Assembly: GCA_035575235.1 (NCBI GenBank)
Contig: DATLYA010000005.1
Span: 369-64,368, forward strand
DNA length: 64,000 nucleotides
From: Candidatus Methylomirabilota bacterium
Lineage (GTDB): Bacteria > Desulfobacterota > Binatia > Bin18
Reading direction: 5' to 3'
The notes beneath the pieces were generated by a model. It was not told the DNA's origin and made no database searches. It was given only the letters and a program-made list of their open reading frames with translations. The position numbers were made by a program, and so were the translations under genes. This document shows positions 39,181-48,445 of the stretch, in pieces; position 1 is the stretch's first letter, and the number at the start of each line of letters is the position of its first letter.

Positions 39181-39345
39181 TCTTTCGCTCTCCTTTGCCA
39201 CAGTTGGTGACCATCGCCAACCGTCAACCACGTGAGGTTTTCCGGGAACACGCCTCTGTCCAGCAACGGGAAAAGCAAGAACGAGAGAGCAGAACGGTGG
39301 AAACGAATAGCCGCTCCCTGGCGCATATCAACCAACAGCTTCACC

Positions 39346-40329
39346 TCAAGTTTCGCGAAACGCCGGCATCACCTCCTTAGCGAAACGACGCAGCATCTCG
39401 CGATCATACGGAGGCGGCAGCCACACAATAAAATAGCGTACGCCAGCGTCGGCATAGGCTTGCACCTGTTGACGCACTTCCGCAGACGGTTGATTCAGCA
39501 GGGGAGGACGCAAAGTGAATGACTTCTCGATCTCAGCAGGATTCCGGCCTACTTGACGACACAGTGCGTCAAATTTGTCTCCAATCTGCTTCACCGCCTC
39601 GGGTCCTCCCTCGCGCACAACGAAATTCCAAATGTCGGCATGACGAGCGGCAAGGGGTTGAATCACTTTCGGTCCCATGCCCCCAATCAAGATGGGCGGG
39701 TGAGGTTTTTGCAGAGGTTTGGGCGCAAAGGGCGCGTCTTGCAGTTTATAGTATTTGCCGTTGTAGGTCGTCTTCTCTTGAGTGAACAACATTTTCACAA
39801 TTTCCACGGCTTCGACCAGCCGCCGAGCTCGTTCTCCTGGCGAGTAGAACGGGACGCCATACGCCGCATGTTCGCGTTCAAACCAACCTGCGCCCATTCC
39901 CAAGATCAACCGTCCCCCGCTGATATGATCGACGGTCGCCGCCATTTTGGCCAGTATCGCGGGATTCCTATAGGTGTTCCCCGTCACCAGCAATCCGACA
40001 CGAACATTTCGTGTCTGCGCCGCGAGGGCGGACAACAGCGTCCAGCCCTCAAGACACGGGCCGGTCGGTTCCGTATAGATGGGCAGGAAATGATCGTAGA
40101 GAAACACACTATCAAAGCCGAGCGTATCCGCTTCCTGCCATACGCGCTGAATGTCTTGGTAGCTTACTTCCTGAGGGAGCGTCTGTACGCCGAACCGCAG
40201 TCGTCGTGGCGCGGGCGACTCTGCACGCGCCGTCGTGAGCCGAGGCAGTTGTCCCGCCAGTGCGGCTGCCGCCGTGAACGCGCCAACATTTCTCAGAAAC
40301 CCACGCCGCGAAATCTGCCCGTTTGCCAT
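39346..40329 (-). CDS. LLM-class (luciferase-like, F420-dependent type) oxidoreductase with twin-arginine signal
   Basis: MANGQISRRGFLRNVGAFTAAAALAG...; FDSVFLYDHF...RVGLLVTGNTYRNPAILAKMAATVDHISGGRLILGMGAGW. Confidence 0.9.
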   Translation of the reverse strand: MANGQISRRGFLRNVGAFTAAAALAGQLPRLTTARAESPAPRRLRFGVQTLPQEVSYQDIQRVWQEADTLGFDSVFLYDHFLPIYTEPTGPCLEGWTLLSALAAQTRNVRVGLLVTGNTYRNPAILAKMAATVDHISGGRLILGMGAGWFEREHAAYGVPFYSPGERARRLVEAVEIVKMLFTQEKTTYNGKYYKLQDAPFAPKPLQKPHPPILIGGMGPKVIQPLAARHADIWNFVVREGGPEAVKQIGDKFDALCRQVGRNPAEIEKSFTLRPPLLNQPSAEVRQQVQAYADAGVRYFIVWLPPPYDREMLRRFAKEVMPAFRET

Positions 40330-40406
40330 GCCTAACTCCTCCACCTCGAGTGATCTGGGAACTCTCTGGAATAAACCAGACTCAAGAAGCGATCGTTCCC
40401 GTTATG
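40312..40406 (-). repeat. Copy 2 of the 95-nt conserved leader (functional context: 5' UTR and start of the LLM gene)
   Basis: See 13742-13835. CTTGAG..CTGG / CCAG..CTCGAG hairpin immediately upstream of the GGAGGAG RBS. Confidence 0.6.
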
Positions 40407-40629
40407 GCTGAGAAAATTGAGTTCCTGAGTTGTATCCTTCGCTCACAATGAATTGACCGCCATCCGCTCCTATCGTATTGCTGAACTCTTCCGCTGTTTC
40501 GTTCCCCATCCTCACGATGCTTCGACGGTAGCCGGGGTTTTAACCCACAGCGAGCTTTGAAAATGCTGGGTTTCGCAGAGCCTGTCCTGAGCACAGCGGA
40601 GCGGGGTCGAAGAGCTCAACCCAGTCTAC

Positions 40630-40655
40630 GGCCCTGCTGGCAAGCCAGCAGGGCC
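40630..40655. repeat. Perfect 11-bp-stem intergenic hairpin within a REP-like element
   Basis: GGCCCTGCTGG-CAAG-CCAGCAGGGCC. The neighbouring sequence (40575-40620) resembles the dispersed palindromic repeat families. Confidence 0.4.
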
Positions 40656-40726
40656 GCCAGGCTCCTGGGGCGAATCTGACTCCTTCACTTTGAGATCTGC
40701 CTAATGGTCGGATACGTTATCTGACC

Positions 40727-40990
40727 ATGCACACAAAGAGGAAAGTCTCTGTGACGGTAGAAGCCGCGCTCCTAGACGAAATTGATCGAGTCGCCGGATC
40801 GCTGAGTCGGAGCACCGTTTTTGAGCTAGCGCTTCTGTATTGGCTCCGGCAGCAGAGGCAGATCAACCTCGATCAGGCGATCGAACGGTATTACCGATCT
40901 CTCGGAAAGATCGAGCAATCAGAGGATGCCGAATGGGCGGCCTTAGGGGATGAGACTGTCCGGGAACGTTGGGCAGAAGCGGATGAGTGA
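40727..40990 (+). CDS. Ribbon-helix-helix (CopG/MazE-like) antitoxin
   Basis: KVSVTVEAALLDEIDRVAG..SRSTVFELALLYWL; stop overlaps the toxin start. Confidence 0.75.
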   Translation: MHTKRKVSVTVEAALLDEIDRVAGSLSRSTVFELALLYWLRQQRQINLDQAIERYYRSLGKIEQSEDAEWAALGDETVRERWAEADE

Positions 40991-41342
40991 GGATCCTCTC
41001 TCTTACCCACGACGCGGTCATCTGTATTGGGTGCGGATACTTGATGAACCAGGAGGCAAGCGTCGGCCAGCGCTCGTGGTGTCTTCTGATGTTCGCAACC
41101 GGCTTGCCAACGATGTCATCGTCGTCCCTCTCTCAACGGTTCTTCATGAGGCTCCGCCCCATGTGCGACTGCGTGCAGGAGAGGGCGGACTTCGCCAACC
41201 CTCGATGGTCAAGTGTGAGCAGATCACCACACTGCGTCGCGACCGATTGCTGACTCGTGCCTTGGGCGGGTCGCTCTCAAAGGCTCGGATGGTTGAGATC
41301 GAAAAAGCAATTTTACGCGCTATCGGCGTACCGGTGGAGTAA
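40983..41342 (+). CDS. PemK/MazF-family endoribonuclease toxin
   Basis: RRGHLYWVRILDEPGGKRRPALVVSSDVRNRLANDVIVVPLST...VKCEQITTLRRDRL. Confidence 0.85.
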   Translation: MSEDPLSYPRRGHLYWVRILDEPGGKRRPALVVSSDVRNRLANDVIVVPLSTVLHEAPPHVRLRAGEGGLRQPSMVKCEQITTLRRDRLLTRALGGSLSKARMVEIEKAILRAIGVPVE

Positions 41343-41656
41343 ACAGAGGTCTTGTCTCCATTTCCAGGCTACTCACCGCCCAGAAGACTGTTGCAAACCA
41401 TCAACCATACGCCATGAACCAGAAAGCGAGTAGAGCGAGCGGGCCATACAATACATAGTGAACAAGTCACCAGTGACTCCCTGTGCGTGCGATGACAATT
41501 CGTTCTAGGGCAGCAGAATGATCCCGTCATTCTGCTCGGTAAAGGTCACTTCCGCCGGATCAAAAGTTGTCAGAGCTGAGAAATCGACCACGCTATCAGT
41601 TCCATCGGCCAGCACCCTCACTGTCCCCCTTGGAATACTCGTCACTCCGCTCAAAT

Positions 41657-42877
41657 CTACCCGGTCCCCTTTTGCGTACGGGCTGCCAAACCAGGCCGTC
41701 GCACCTCGACGCGGACGCTGCGGTGCACGTCGCCTCTGAGCGGCGATTTATAGCCTACGGTGTATTGTTGCCGCAGCTCATCGGAAATTGTTTGCACTGC
41801 GAGATCAAGCACCGCCTGGTTACTGGCCACATCGCTGGTGTTCAACACGAAATGCCTGCCGCCAGTCTCGCTGCTCAACGTTTGCAACACACGCACATCC
41901 ACGGAGTCGTCAGAACCTCCGCCGCGTCTGCCCATTAGCGGCGGCATGGGCAGCCCCATCCCTGGCATGCCCAGTCCAGGCCATCCAAGCCCCCCATGGC
42001 GTCTTCCTCCACCAGGAAAAGGCCTTTGGTGCGATCCCATGCCAGGAGCCTGTCCGCCTCTAATAGGAGTGCCAATGCCAATAGTGTACATGGTCACCCC
42101 GCCACGGCGTACGGCGCTAAGCGCGTCATCCAACGAGGCTGCGCTCGCGGTATCAAGACCATCGGTCAGCAAGACAAGCGCACGTTTCTGCCGTCGCCCT
42201 TGCTTGACGCGCCGGAGTCCATCCAGGATGGCGTCATACAGAGCTGTATCGCCAAAGGGTTCTAAGAGAGAAGCGCCATGTTCCAATAGCGCACGATTGT
42301 CGGTGAAATCCTGCAGCGCAACAGGCCGCCGGTTAAATGCCTCCAAAAACACCTCATCGCGAGGGCGAATCGATTGAAAAAATCGGATAAGCGCATGGCG
42401 CGCGCGGCCAATTTTGTTCAGCATGCTGCCGCTCGTGTCAACGAGGAAGCCCAGGCTGACCGGTTCTTCCTGACCGGTGGCGAAATAGGTGATCTGCTGC
42501 GGCAGATCTTCCTCGTACACAAGAAAATCGTCGGGCTGGAGGCCAGGAACGTACCGCCCCTGGGCGTCGGTTACTGTCACGGTCAGAAGTTGCGTTGGCC
42601 GAGGAGATTCGGGTTGCAGGCGGGAGGGAATTTCAAGTTGCTGTCGCGCTGGCGGCAGGTTCGACTGCTGCATCTGCGGTGGAATCTCCAAGATTTGCTG
42701 ACCTGCCGGAGAGGGAGGTTGCGGCGCCGGTTTTGGCGGAGCTTTTTGTGGAGTCGGCCAGGGTCCTTGCCACCCTTCGGGCGGGCCCGTTCGTTCCTGC
42801 GCCTCGACATATGGTAATCCGCCCAACGCAAGCAACAGCATACAAACGAGCTTCATATACGTGTTCGCGTACATCAT
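41657..42877 (-). CDS. VWA-domain protein (Acidobacteria-type VWFA-related family)
   Basis: Signal peptide, Pro/Gln-rich linker, then LLTVTVTDAQGRYVPGL..., MIDAS LVDTSGSM and ...LLTDGLDTAS. Confidence 0.85.
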   Translation of the reverse strand: MMYANTYMKLVCMLLLALGGLPYVEAQERTGPPEGWQGPWPTPQKAPPKPAPQPPSPAGQQILEIPPQMQQSNLPPARQQLEIPSRLQPESPRPTQLLTVTVTDAQGRYVPGLQPDDFLVYEEDLPQQITYFATGQEEPVSLGFLVDTSGSMLNKIGRARHALIRFFQSIRPRDEVFLEAFNRRPVALQDFTDNRALLEHGASLLEPFGDTALYDAILDGLRRVKQGRRQKRALVLLTDGLDTASAASLDDALSAVRRGGVTMYTIGIGTPIRGGQAPGMGSHQRPFPGGGRRHGGLGWPGLGMPGMGLPMPPLMGRRGGGSDDSVDVRVLQTLSSETGGRHFVLNTSDVASNQAVLDLAVQTISDELRQQYTVGYKSPLRGDVHRSVRVEVRRPGLAARTQKGTG

Positions 42878-42970
42878 TAATCCTCTAGGGCTCGTCAGGA
42901 AAAAGACATTTCCGGGTATGGGTGATCGGGGTCAGTTGAAATAGTATAAGTCCTCGCTCCGCCCTTGACG

Positions 42971-44338
42971 TCAGTCACCATCAGACGGCGAGACGAGAAG
43001 ATCATAGTCTTCGACCTTCCGGTACAGATTGCGCAGACTCACCCCCAACACTTTGGCGGCTCGCGTTTTATTCCCTTGTTCTTCTCGCAATACCTGCTCG
43101 ATATAGGCCCGCTCCACCTCTTCCAGGGAGGGCCGTCGTCCCGGAGTGCGCCACAACTCTGCATGCGCCGGAGGCGCGGCACGCGCCACATCCTCGGGAG
43201 TAATACACCTCTCGCCGCAGAGAATCACCGCGCGCTCAAGCACGTTGGCGAGTTCCCGCACGTTGCCAGGCCACGCATACTGCATCAACACCGCCATCGC
43301 CTCTTTGGTCACGGTCACGGCCGGTCCCCCTCGCCGCGCGATGTTCTCAAGAAAGTAATGGACGAATAATGGAATATCTTCGCGCCGCTCGCGGAGGGGC
43401 GGCAAGACGACCGTCACGACATTCAGGCGATAGAACAGGTCCTCACGAAAGAGATCCTGGGCGATCCGTTGTCGCAGGTCTTTATTGGTGGCGCTGATTA
43501 TGCGGACGTTGGTGTGGATGGTCTTCGTGCTACCGACGCGCGTAAACTCTCCGAGGTCGAGGACGCGCAAGAGTTTGGCTTGCAAAACCAGCGGCATATC
43601 GCCGATTTCGTCCAAGAATAAGGTGGCCCCATCCGCGGCTTCAAACAAGCCAGTGGCGCGCTCCGTCGCGCCCGTGAACGCCCCTTTTTCATGGCCAAAG
43701 AGTTCATTTTCGAGGAGCGATTCCGGCAGCGCCGCACAGTTGACGGCGAAGAACGGCTTCGCCGCGCGCCGACTCATTTTGTGCAGCGTCCGGGCGATCA
43801 CCTCTTTCCCGGTCCCACTCTCTCCCAGGATCAAGACCGAGGCGTCGGTCGACGCAACCTTCTCGACGACGCATCGCACGGCCTGCATTGCCGCACTATG
43901 ACCAAAGACAGGAGTTTCTATTTCATGGCGGCGCAGTTCAATTTTGAGCAGACGGTTCTCTCGTTCCAGCGCCACCCGGTCACCCGCGTTGCGGATCGCC
44001 AGTTCGAGCTCCGCTAGTTTGCACGGTTTTGCCAGGTAGTCGAGCGCGCCGAGTTTCATCGCTTCAATCGCGGTGTCCATGGTCGCCTGCCCGGTCAGGA
44101 TCAAGATCGCCAGTGAGGGAAGCGTCTCCTTGAATTTCTTGAGCAACTCGATCCCGTTCATACCGGGCAGCCGGAGATCAATGAGGGCAATATCCCATTC
44201 CTCTCCCGCCGCCAACGCCTCTTCTCCGGAGCGAAAATCGCTCACCGTGTAGCCTCGCTCCGCCAGACGGGTGCGGAGCAGATGGCGATAGGGATCTTCA
44301 TCTTCTACAATGACGAGCCGCAACGGCGCTGCAATCAT
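42971..44338 (-). CDS. Sigma-54-dependent response regulator (NtrC family)
   Basis: REC domain, AAA+ (GESGTGKEVIARTLH, GAFTGA), C-terminal Fis-type HTH. Confidence 0.92.
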   Translation of the reverse strand: MIAAPLRLVIVEDEDPYRHLLRTRLAERGYTVSDFRSGEEALAAGEEWDIALIDLRLPGMNGIELLKKFKETLPSLAILILTGQATMDTAIEAMKLGALDYLAKPCKLAELELAIRNAGDRVALERENRLLKIELRRHEIETPVFGHSAAMQAVRCVVEKVASTDASVLILGESGTGKEVIARTLHKMSRRAAKPFFAVNCAALPESLLENELFGHEKGAFTGATERATGLFEAADGATLFLDEIGDMPLVLQAKLLRVLDLGEFTRVGSTKTIHTNVRIISATNKDLRQRIAQDLFREDLFYRLNVVTVVLPPLRERREDIPLFVHYFLENIARRGGPAVTVTKEAMAVLMQYAWPGNVRELANVLERAVILCGERCITPEDVARAAPPAHAELWRTPGRRPSLEEVERAYIEQVLREEQGNKTRAAKVLGVSLRNLYRKVEDYDLLVSPSDGD

Positions 44339-44811
44339 ACGCCCACTCCATTCTGAGGCGCCGGGAGCAGAACGGTAAAGGTCGTGCCGCGCCCAACATG
44401 ACTGGTGAAGCGCAGGGTCCCCCCGAGTCCCTCAATCAACAGACACGAGATCGGCAGACCCAAGCCCGTCCCCTGTCCAGGCGGTTTAGTGGTAAAGAAG
44501 GGATCAAAGATCTTCCGTTCCCATTCAGGGGGAATACCCGTCCCAGTGTCTGTCACCGTCACTTCGACGTGTGGACCGACACGTCGCGCGGCGATGCTCA
44601 CCTCCCCTTCCCCCACGATCGCCTCAATACCGTTTTTCACGAGATTAAAAAACACTTGTTGCAGGCTCGCGGTATCGCTCTCGAGGAGAGGGAGGTCAGA
44701 GGCAAGCTGGCAATGCAGGCGCACCCCACATTGACGCGCTTGTGGTTCGAGCAGCGCCACGACCTCCTCAAGAAGGGGACCAAGCTCCAGCGGCTCCAGG
44801 TGAGTATTACA
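44335..44811 (-). pseudogene. Sensor histidine kinase, 5'-truncated (HATPase_c domain only)
   Basis: N, G1 and G2 boxes (FFNLVKNGIEAI, DTGTGIP, GQGTGLGLPIS), but no HisKA/H-box. The open frame closes at the TGA at 44812-44814. Confidence 0.7.
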
Positions 44812-44838
44812 TCACCGATCAAGGAAAAGGCACCAACT

Positions 44839-45363
44839 ATGAAGCTAAGGAATGCCTACCTCTGCCACAACTGCCGCGAAGTATTCGCAGGCGCGCCGTA
44901 CGGTCACTGCCCGACGTGTCGCTCAGGCTCAATCTATCCACTCGGGTGGCTCGCCCTTGCAGAAGAAGACAGAACCCAATGGCTGGCTCGCATCTACGGC
45001 CATGGACGAGGGGCTACCCTTCATCACCGGAGGCCAACTGCAGTCGTGCGGCAGGCGCCGGCTGATCGGCGGCTCCTATCCGCCCGGCGGACGCGCCCGA
45101 AGACGGTCGGACACCTCACACTCATCAAGAACGGAGGCGTGGTCGAACAACCATCTCACAGCGAGCACGGTGAAAAGCGTCGTTCTCCCGTAGGCCGACA
45201 AGGAACGACACTCGTCGCCATTGGGAAAGAAACGGCTTGGGAGGAGTTGGCCGTGGAAAACAGCGGGAGTGCGTTTCATGCGCTGCCGCTCTTGCTGATT
45301 CTCCTGTGCGCTCACTTGCTTATCCCCTTTTTCCTGCCGACGGCTCACGCGCATGGAGGTTGA
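44839..45363 (+). CDS. Possible zinc-ribbon protein (only the N-terminal about 45 aa is convincing)
   Basis: MKLRNAYLCHNCREVFAGAPYGHCPTCRSGSIYPLGWL. The rest is Arg-rich and low complexity. Confidence 0.3.
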   Translation: MKLRNAYLCHNCREVFAGAPYGHCPTCRSGSIYPLGWLALAEEDRTQWLARIYGHGRGATLHHRRPTAVVRQAPADRRLLSARRTRPKTVGHLTLIKNGGVVEQPSHSEHGEKRRSPVGRQGTTLVAIGKETAWEELAVENSGSAFHALPLLLILLCAHLLIPFFLPTAHAHGG

Positions 45364-45366
45364 TAT

Positions 45367-45798
45367 ATGTCTCGGACTGGCACTATAACAACTCTGCTGC
45401 GTCACGCTCTAATGGCGGAAGAATATCCTCAAGGACTCCTCAAACCTAATATTTTGCTTCCCGCACAGTTTTTTTCTTTCTCAAGGGAGGCAACAAGAGG
45501 AGGGGTGGAACGAGCGCTCATGTGCGCCGTGCTTGAAGACGCAGTGTACTGTTTCCAGAAATATTTCGCCGGGACGCGGCGTTCACATCCGCGCCTGGCT
45601 CGGGAAACCGAGTGGTGGTTTTGGGCTAACGATTATCACTGGCCGTTTTCGTTCGTGAATATCTGCGCCGTGCTGGATCTCGATCCAGAGACGATTCGCG
45701 AGGCCCTGCAACGTTGGCGACGCACCGCCCAACGTCCACGCTACCGCTCTCCTCGGTGCGCCAGCGTTTTTCGCAACCGGACGCCACTCGCGATATAA
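45367..45798 (+). CDS. Hypothetical protein
   Basis: 143-aa ORF, ...ERALMCAVLEDAVYCFQKY...WPFSFVNICAVLDLDPETIREAL. No family named. Confidence 0.5.
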   Translation: MSRTGTITTLLRHALMAEEYPQGLLKPNILLPAQFFSFSREATRGGVERALMCAVLEDAVYCFQKYFAGTRRSHPRLARETEWWFWANDYHWPFSFVNICAVLDLDPETIREALQRWRRTAQRPRYRSPRCASVFRNRTPLAI

Positions 45799-46049
45799 CT
45801 TCAGCTCGCAAGGTAAATGTGACACGCGGCACGGAAGGCAAGGCGGCAATGCCCTCCCGGCTTCCCTTCGTGTCGGGAACTTTCTTCTTCCGCGGTTGGT
45901 TATGCTTATGATGAGAAGATCTACGACGAGGCGCCGTGATCAGCGGGGATGGGCGGCAGGGATTTCTCTCGCATGTCCTTCGCCGTGGGAACTTCCACCC
46001 CCCGGCGAGAGTTCATCCTTAAGACTTTGATCTCCAGAGGAGGAAGGGT

Positions 46050-46322
46050 ATGAAACTACAAAGCACAGGCGGGGCGCTGCTTTTGGCTGCGAGTCTGATC
46101 AGTTTTCCCTCTATATCCTTCACTGAAGAAGAGGGCTCCATGAGCGGCCAGGAGGCGCATGGCGGTCAGGCGCATCACGCCAAAGACAGTATGAAGAAAC
46201 AAACCGGCGCGGCAGAACACCCGCAAGCGGGGAGCAGCGCCGCCCCACAAGCCGCCACCGCTCAGGATGGTCATGGGAAGCGCGCTGCACAGCAGGAGCA
46301 GGCGGATGAAGGTTCTCATTGA
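46050..46322 (+). CDS. Small secreted His/Gln/Ala-rich protein
   Basis: GGAGGAAGGG RBS, signal peptide MKLQSTGGALLLAASLISF. Confidence 0.45.
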   Translation: MKLQSTGGALLLAASLISFPSISFTEEEGSMSGQEAHGGQAHHAKDSMKKQTGAAEHPQAGSSAAPQAATAQDGHGKRAAQQEQADEGSH

Positions 46323-46672
46323 ACGCGGCTTTCCGTTCCTTGCGCGCGTCGTTCCTGCTCCATATACGCCCGTGCCGAGGAGAATGAAGAGACGCAATAC
46401 GGCACCGAGAAGGTCAACAATACTTTCATCCAAAAGCGAGGGGAAAACTCCAGACGGAGCAAGACATCATATTGGTTAATCAGAGTTAAGATGGGCCCGA
46501 CGACGCCGGCTATCTTGAGCGCCCGGGTCACGGTGTCGCGGCGAAACCATTGCACGAGAAAACGGCGTGCACTGCTCTGCTGAGATCCCGTATTCACAAC
46601 CCCTCCATTCTTCTCAGAAGAAAACTCCCATTGATGACCAAACGTTCCCGAAAGAATTGGGGACCAGCGCAT
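46316..46672 (-). CDS. NrtS-like small membrane protein (start uncertain)
   Basis: ...VTRALKIAGVVGPILTLINQYDVLL...KVLLTFSVPYCVSSFS resembles the NrtS family pattern from memory. Confidence 0.5.
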   Translation of the reverse strand: MRWSPILSGTFGHQWEFSSEKNGGVVNTGSQQSSARRFLVQWFRRDTVTRALKIAGVVGPILTLINQYDVLLRLEFSPRFWMKVLLTFSVPYCVSSFSSARAYMEQERRAQGTESRVQ

Positions 46673-46694
46673 ATACTAAGGAATTGAGGTTGTC

Positions 46695-47582
46695 TTGGGC
46701 AGAGATCGCGTGTTTCCGAAAAACATATGGCGCTGGGCGCTCGGGTTGTTCCTCGTCGGAGCTGCTGCGGGTGGGGGGCGCTGGTGGCTTGGTCCAGCGC
46801 CCCCCGTGCAGGAGATTCGCCTGAGATCGTCCTCTTTTTTTCCGACTCAGTTCCCCATCTCCATTCATCGGCCAGGCCAGTATCGGCTTATGAGCGACCT
46901 GGTGGTGACCGATCCCGATGCCGACGCCATCCAAATTCTCACGTACGGCGTTGTCGTGGATTTGCAAGGCTTCACGATTAGTGGCCCCCGGCGCGGAGGA
47001 CACGGACGCGGTATTTCGACCGGGGGAGTGGATCGGAATTATATCACCATTCGCAATGGCGCCATCTCAGGCTTTGGCGGCGCCGGTGTAGCATTGCCAG
47101 GTCTGTATCAACGAGTCGAACACGTTCACGTACATCACAATGGCGGGGATGGCATTGCCGTGGGACCGCACAGCGCGATCGTGGATAATCGGATTATCAG
47201 CAATGGCGGCGGCTTGAACGTCAGTCGTGGAGAAAGCCTCATCTGGCGGAACACTATCCAGCGGAACGCGGGGCATGGGATCGACGGCGGCGGCGTCAGT
47301 TGGATAGAAAGGAATACGATCGAAGACAATGGCGGAGAAGGGATTTTTGTCACCGTGGGTTCTTTACTCCGGGCAAATATCGTGCGTCGCAGCGGCCGCA
47401 ATGGGCTGCTTCTAGGCACGTTTAGCACAGTGGAAGACAACGAGATCCACGGCAGCCGAGAAGCCGGCGTCATGACCTATGGCAAATCGAATCGCATCAT
47501 CGGTAACCGTATTACGGACAATCTCGGCAGCGGCGCTAAACTTGGCGGGCCGGAGAACTACCTTGCGCGCAACACGTTTTAG
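46695..47582 (+). CDS. Right-handed parallel beta-helix repeat protein (NosD/pectate-lyase-fold)
   Basis: Repeated ...N.I..N.G.GI... units (HHNGGDGIAV, ISNGGGLNV, QRNAGHGIDG, EDNGGEGIFV, RRSGRNGLLL). Confidence 0.75.
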   Translation: MGRDRVFPKNIWRWALGLFLVGAAAGGGRWWLGPAPPVQEIRLRSSSFFPTQFPISIHRPGQYRLMSDLVVTDPDADAIQILTYGVVVDLQGFTISGPRRGGHGRGISTGGVDRNYITIRNGAISGFGGAGVALPGLYQRVEHVHVHHNGGDGIAVGPHSAIVDNRIISNGGGLNVSRGESLIWRNTIQRNAGHGIDGGGVSWIERNTIEDNGGEGIFVTVGSLLRANIVRRSGRNGLLLGTFSTVEDNEIHGSREAGVMTYGKSNRIIGNRITDNLGSGAKLGGPENYLARNTF

Positions 47583-47793
47583 AATAATGCGGCAGGAGCG
47601 TTGACGGCGGCAGCAGATGACACGATCGCACGGAACGAATACGCCAATATTTTCCTGCTTGATTCTGGTGAAATTGATGTCGCGGGTGTGACACGCGGCG
47701 CGACCCGCCAAATCGAAGGGTGGGGACAGTGAGTGTTTCGACGCAACCTTAGGACATTGAGACAGAACCTATAGGCGTCAGCTGGAGAAGGTT

Positions 47794-47870
47794 GTCCTTG
47801 CGAAGAACCGTAGGCGATGAAGCAATCTCAGAGAGAGGCAAAGAGCGCTGCGCTCCGCTCGCAAGGACAG
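47794..47870. repeat. Palindromic intergenic repeat (GTCCTTGCGA...GAAGCAATCT...CGCTCCGCTCGCAAGGAC)
   Basis: Terminal inverted arms GTCCTTGCGA/TCGCAAGGAC. Shares core motifs with 53178-53247. Confidence 0.6.
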
Positions 47871-47934
47871 CGTGCCAATACGACGGCCAAGGCGTTTTGT
47901 TCCATAGTCCTTACGTACACTATTGTCCCTGGTC

Positions 47935-48399
47935 TTAGGCCGACTGATCGGGCACGTTCCCTGGCCAGTAGCGACACATAAATATCCGTAGCCGGGCGGA
48001 GAGATGCGTCAGAAAAAACGGCTTGGCGAGAAAGTCATCCGCCGCCAGCGCGAAGGCTTTCTCCTGCTGGTCCCCTGAGGAGAGACGAGACATAGCAATG
48101 ACGTGGGGGAATGGCCCTCTCCGCTCATCCCGCACGTGGCGTAGCACGGTAAATCCATCCAGTTCTGGCAGCTGTAAATCGAGGAGCAACACATGGACTT
48201 CTTCCTTCGCCAAGATAGCAAGGGCGGCTTTTCCATCACCGGCAGTTCGTACACGATAGCCCTGGTGGTGCAGGTGCTGCACGAGGATCTCCCGAAGCCT
48301 ATCGTTGTCGTCGGCGATCAAAACCGTGGGATGCTTCGGCAATGCCACCGCCGATCGTGTCTTCCGCTGTTGAGCGGCAAACTTTATCACCTGTCCCAT
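47935..48399 (-). CDS. Stand-alone response-regulator receiver protein
   Basis: VLIADDNDRLREIL...LLLDLQLPELDGFTVLRHVR...DFLAKPF. Confidence 0.85.
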   Translation of the reverse strand: MGQVIKFAAQQRKTRSAVALPKHPTVLIADDNDRLREILVQHLHHQGYRVRTAGDGKAALAILAKEEVHVLLLDLQLPELDGFTVLRHVRDERRGPFPHVIAMSRLSSGDQQEKAFALAADDFLAKPFFLTHLSARLRIFMCRYWPGNVPDQSA

Positions 48400-48445
48400 G
48401 GCAGCATGCCATTCTCCTTGGACTATTCTCTACACATTGATTTGC

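Noticed and set aside
41510-41660. 47-codon ORF downstream of the VWA gene (DLSGVTSIPRGTVRVLADGTD...VTFTEQNDGIILLP)
   Set aside because: It is protein-like, but it is short, has no clear start or RBS and no recognisable family. It is possibly another gene remnant, with too little evidence to call.
44398-44838. 5' part of the 321-aa ORF 44398..45363
   Set aside because: It is antisense to the histidine-kinase ATPase domain. Only the part from ATG 44839 (the zinc ribbon) is plausibly coding, and even that has low confidence.
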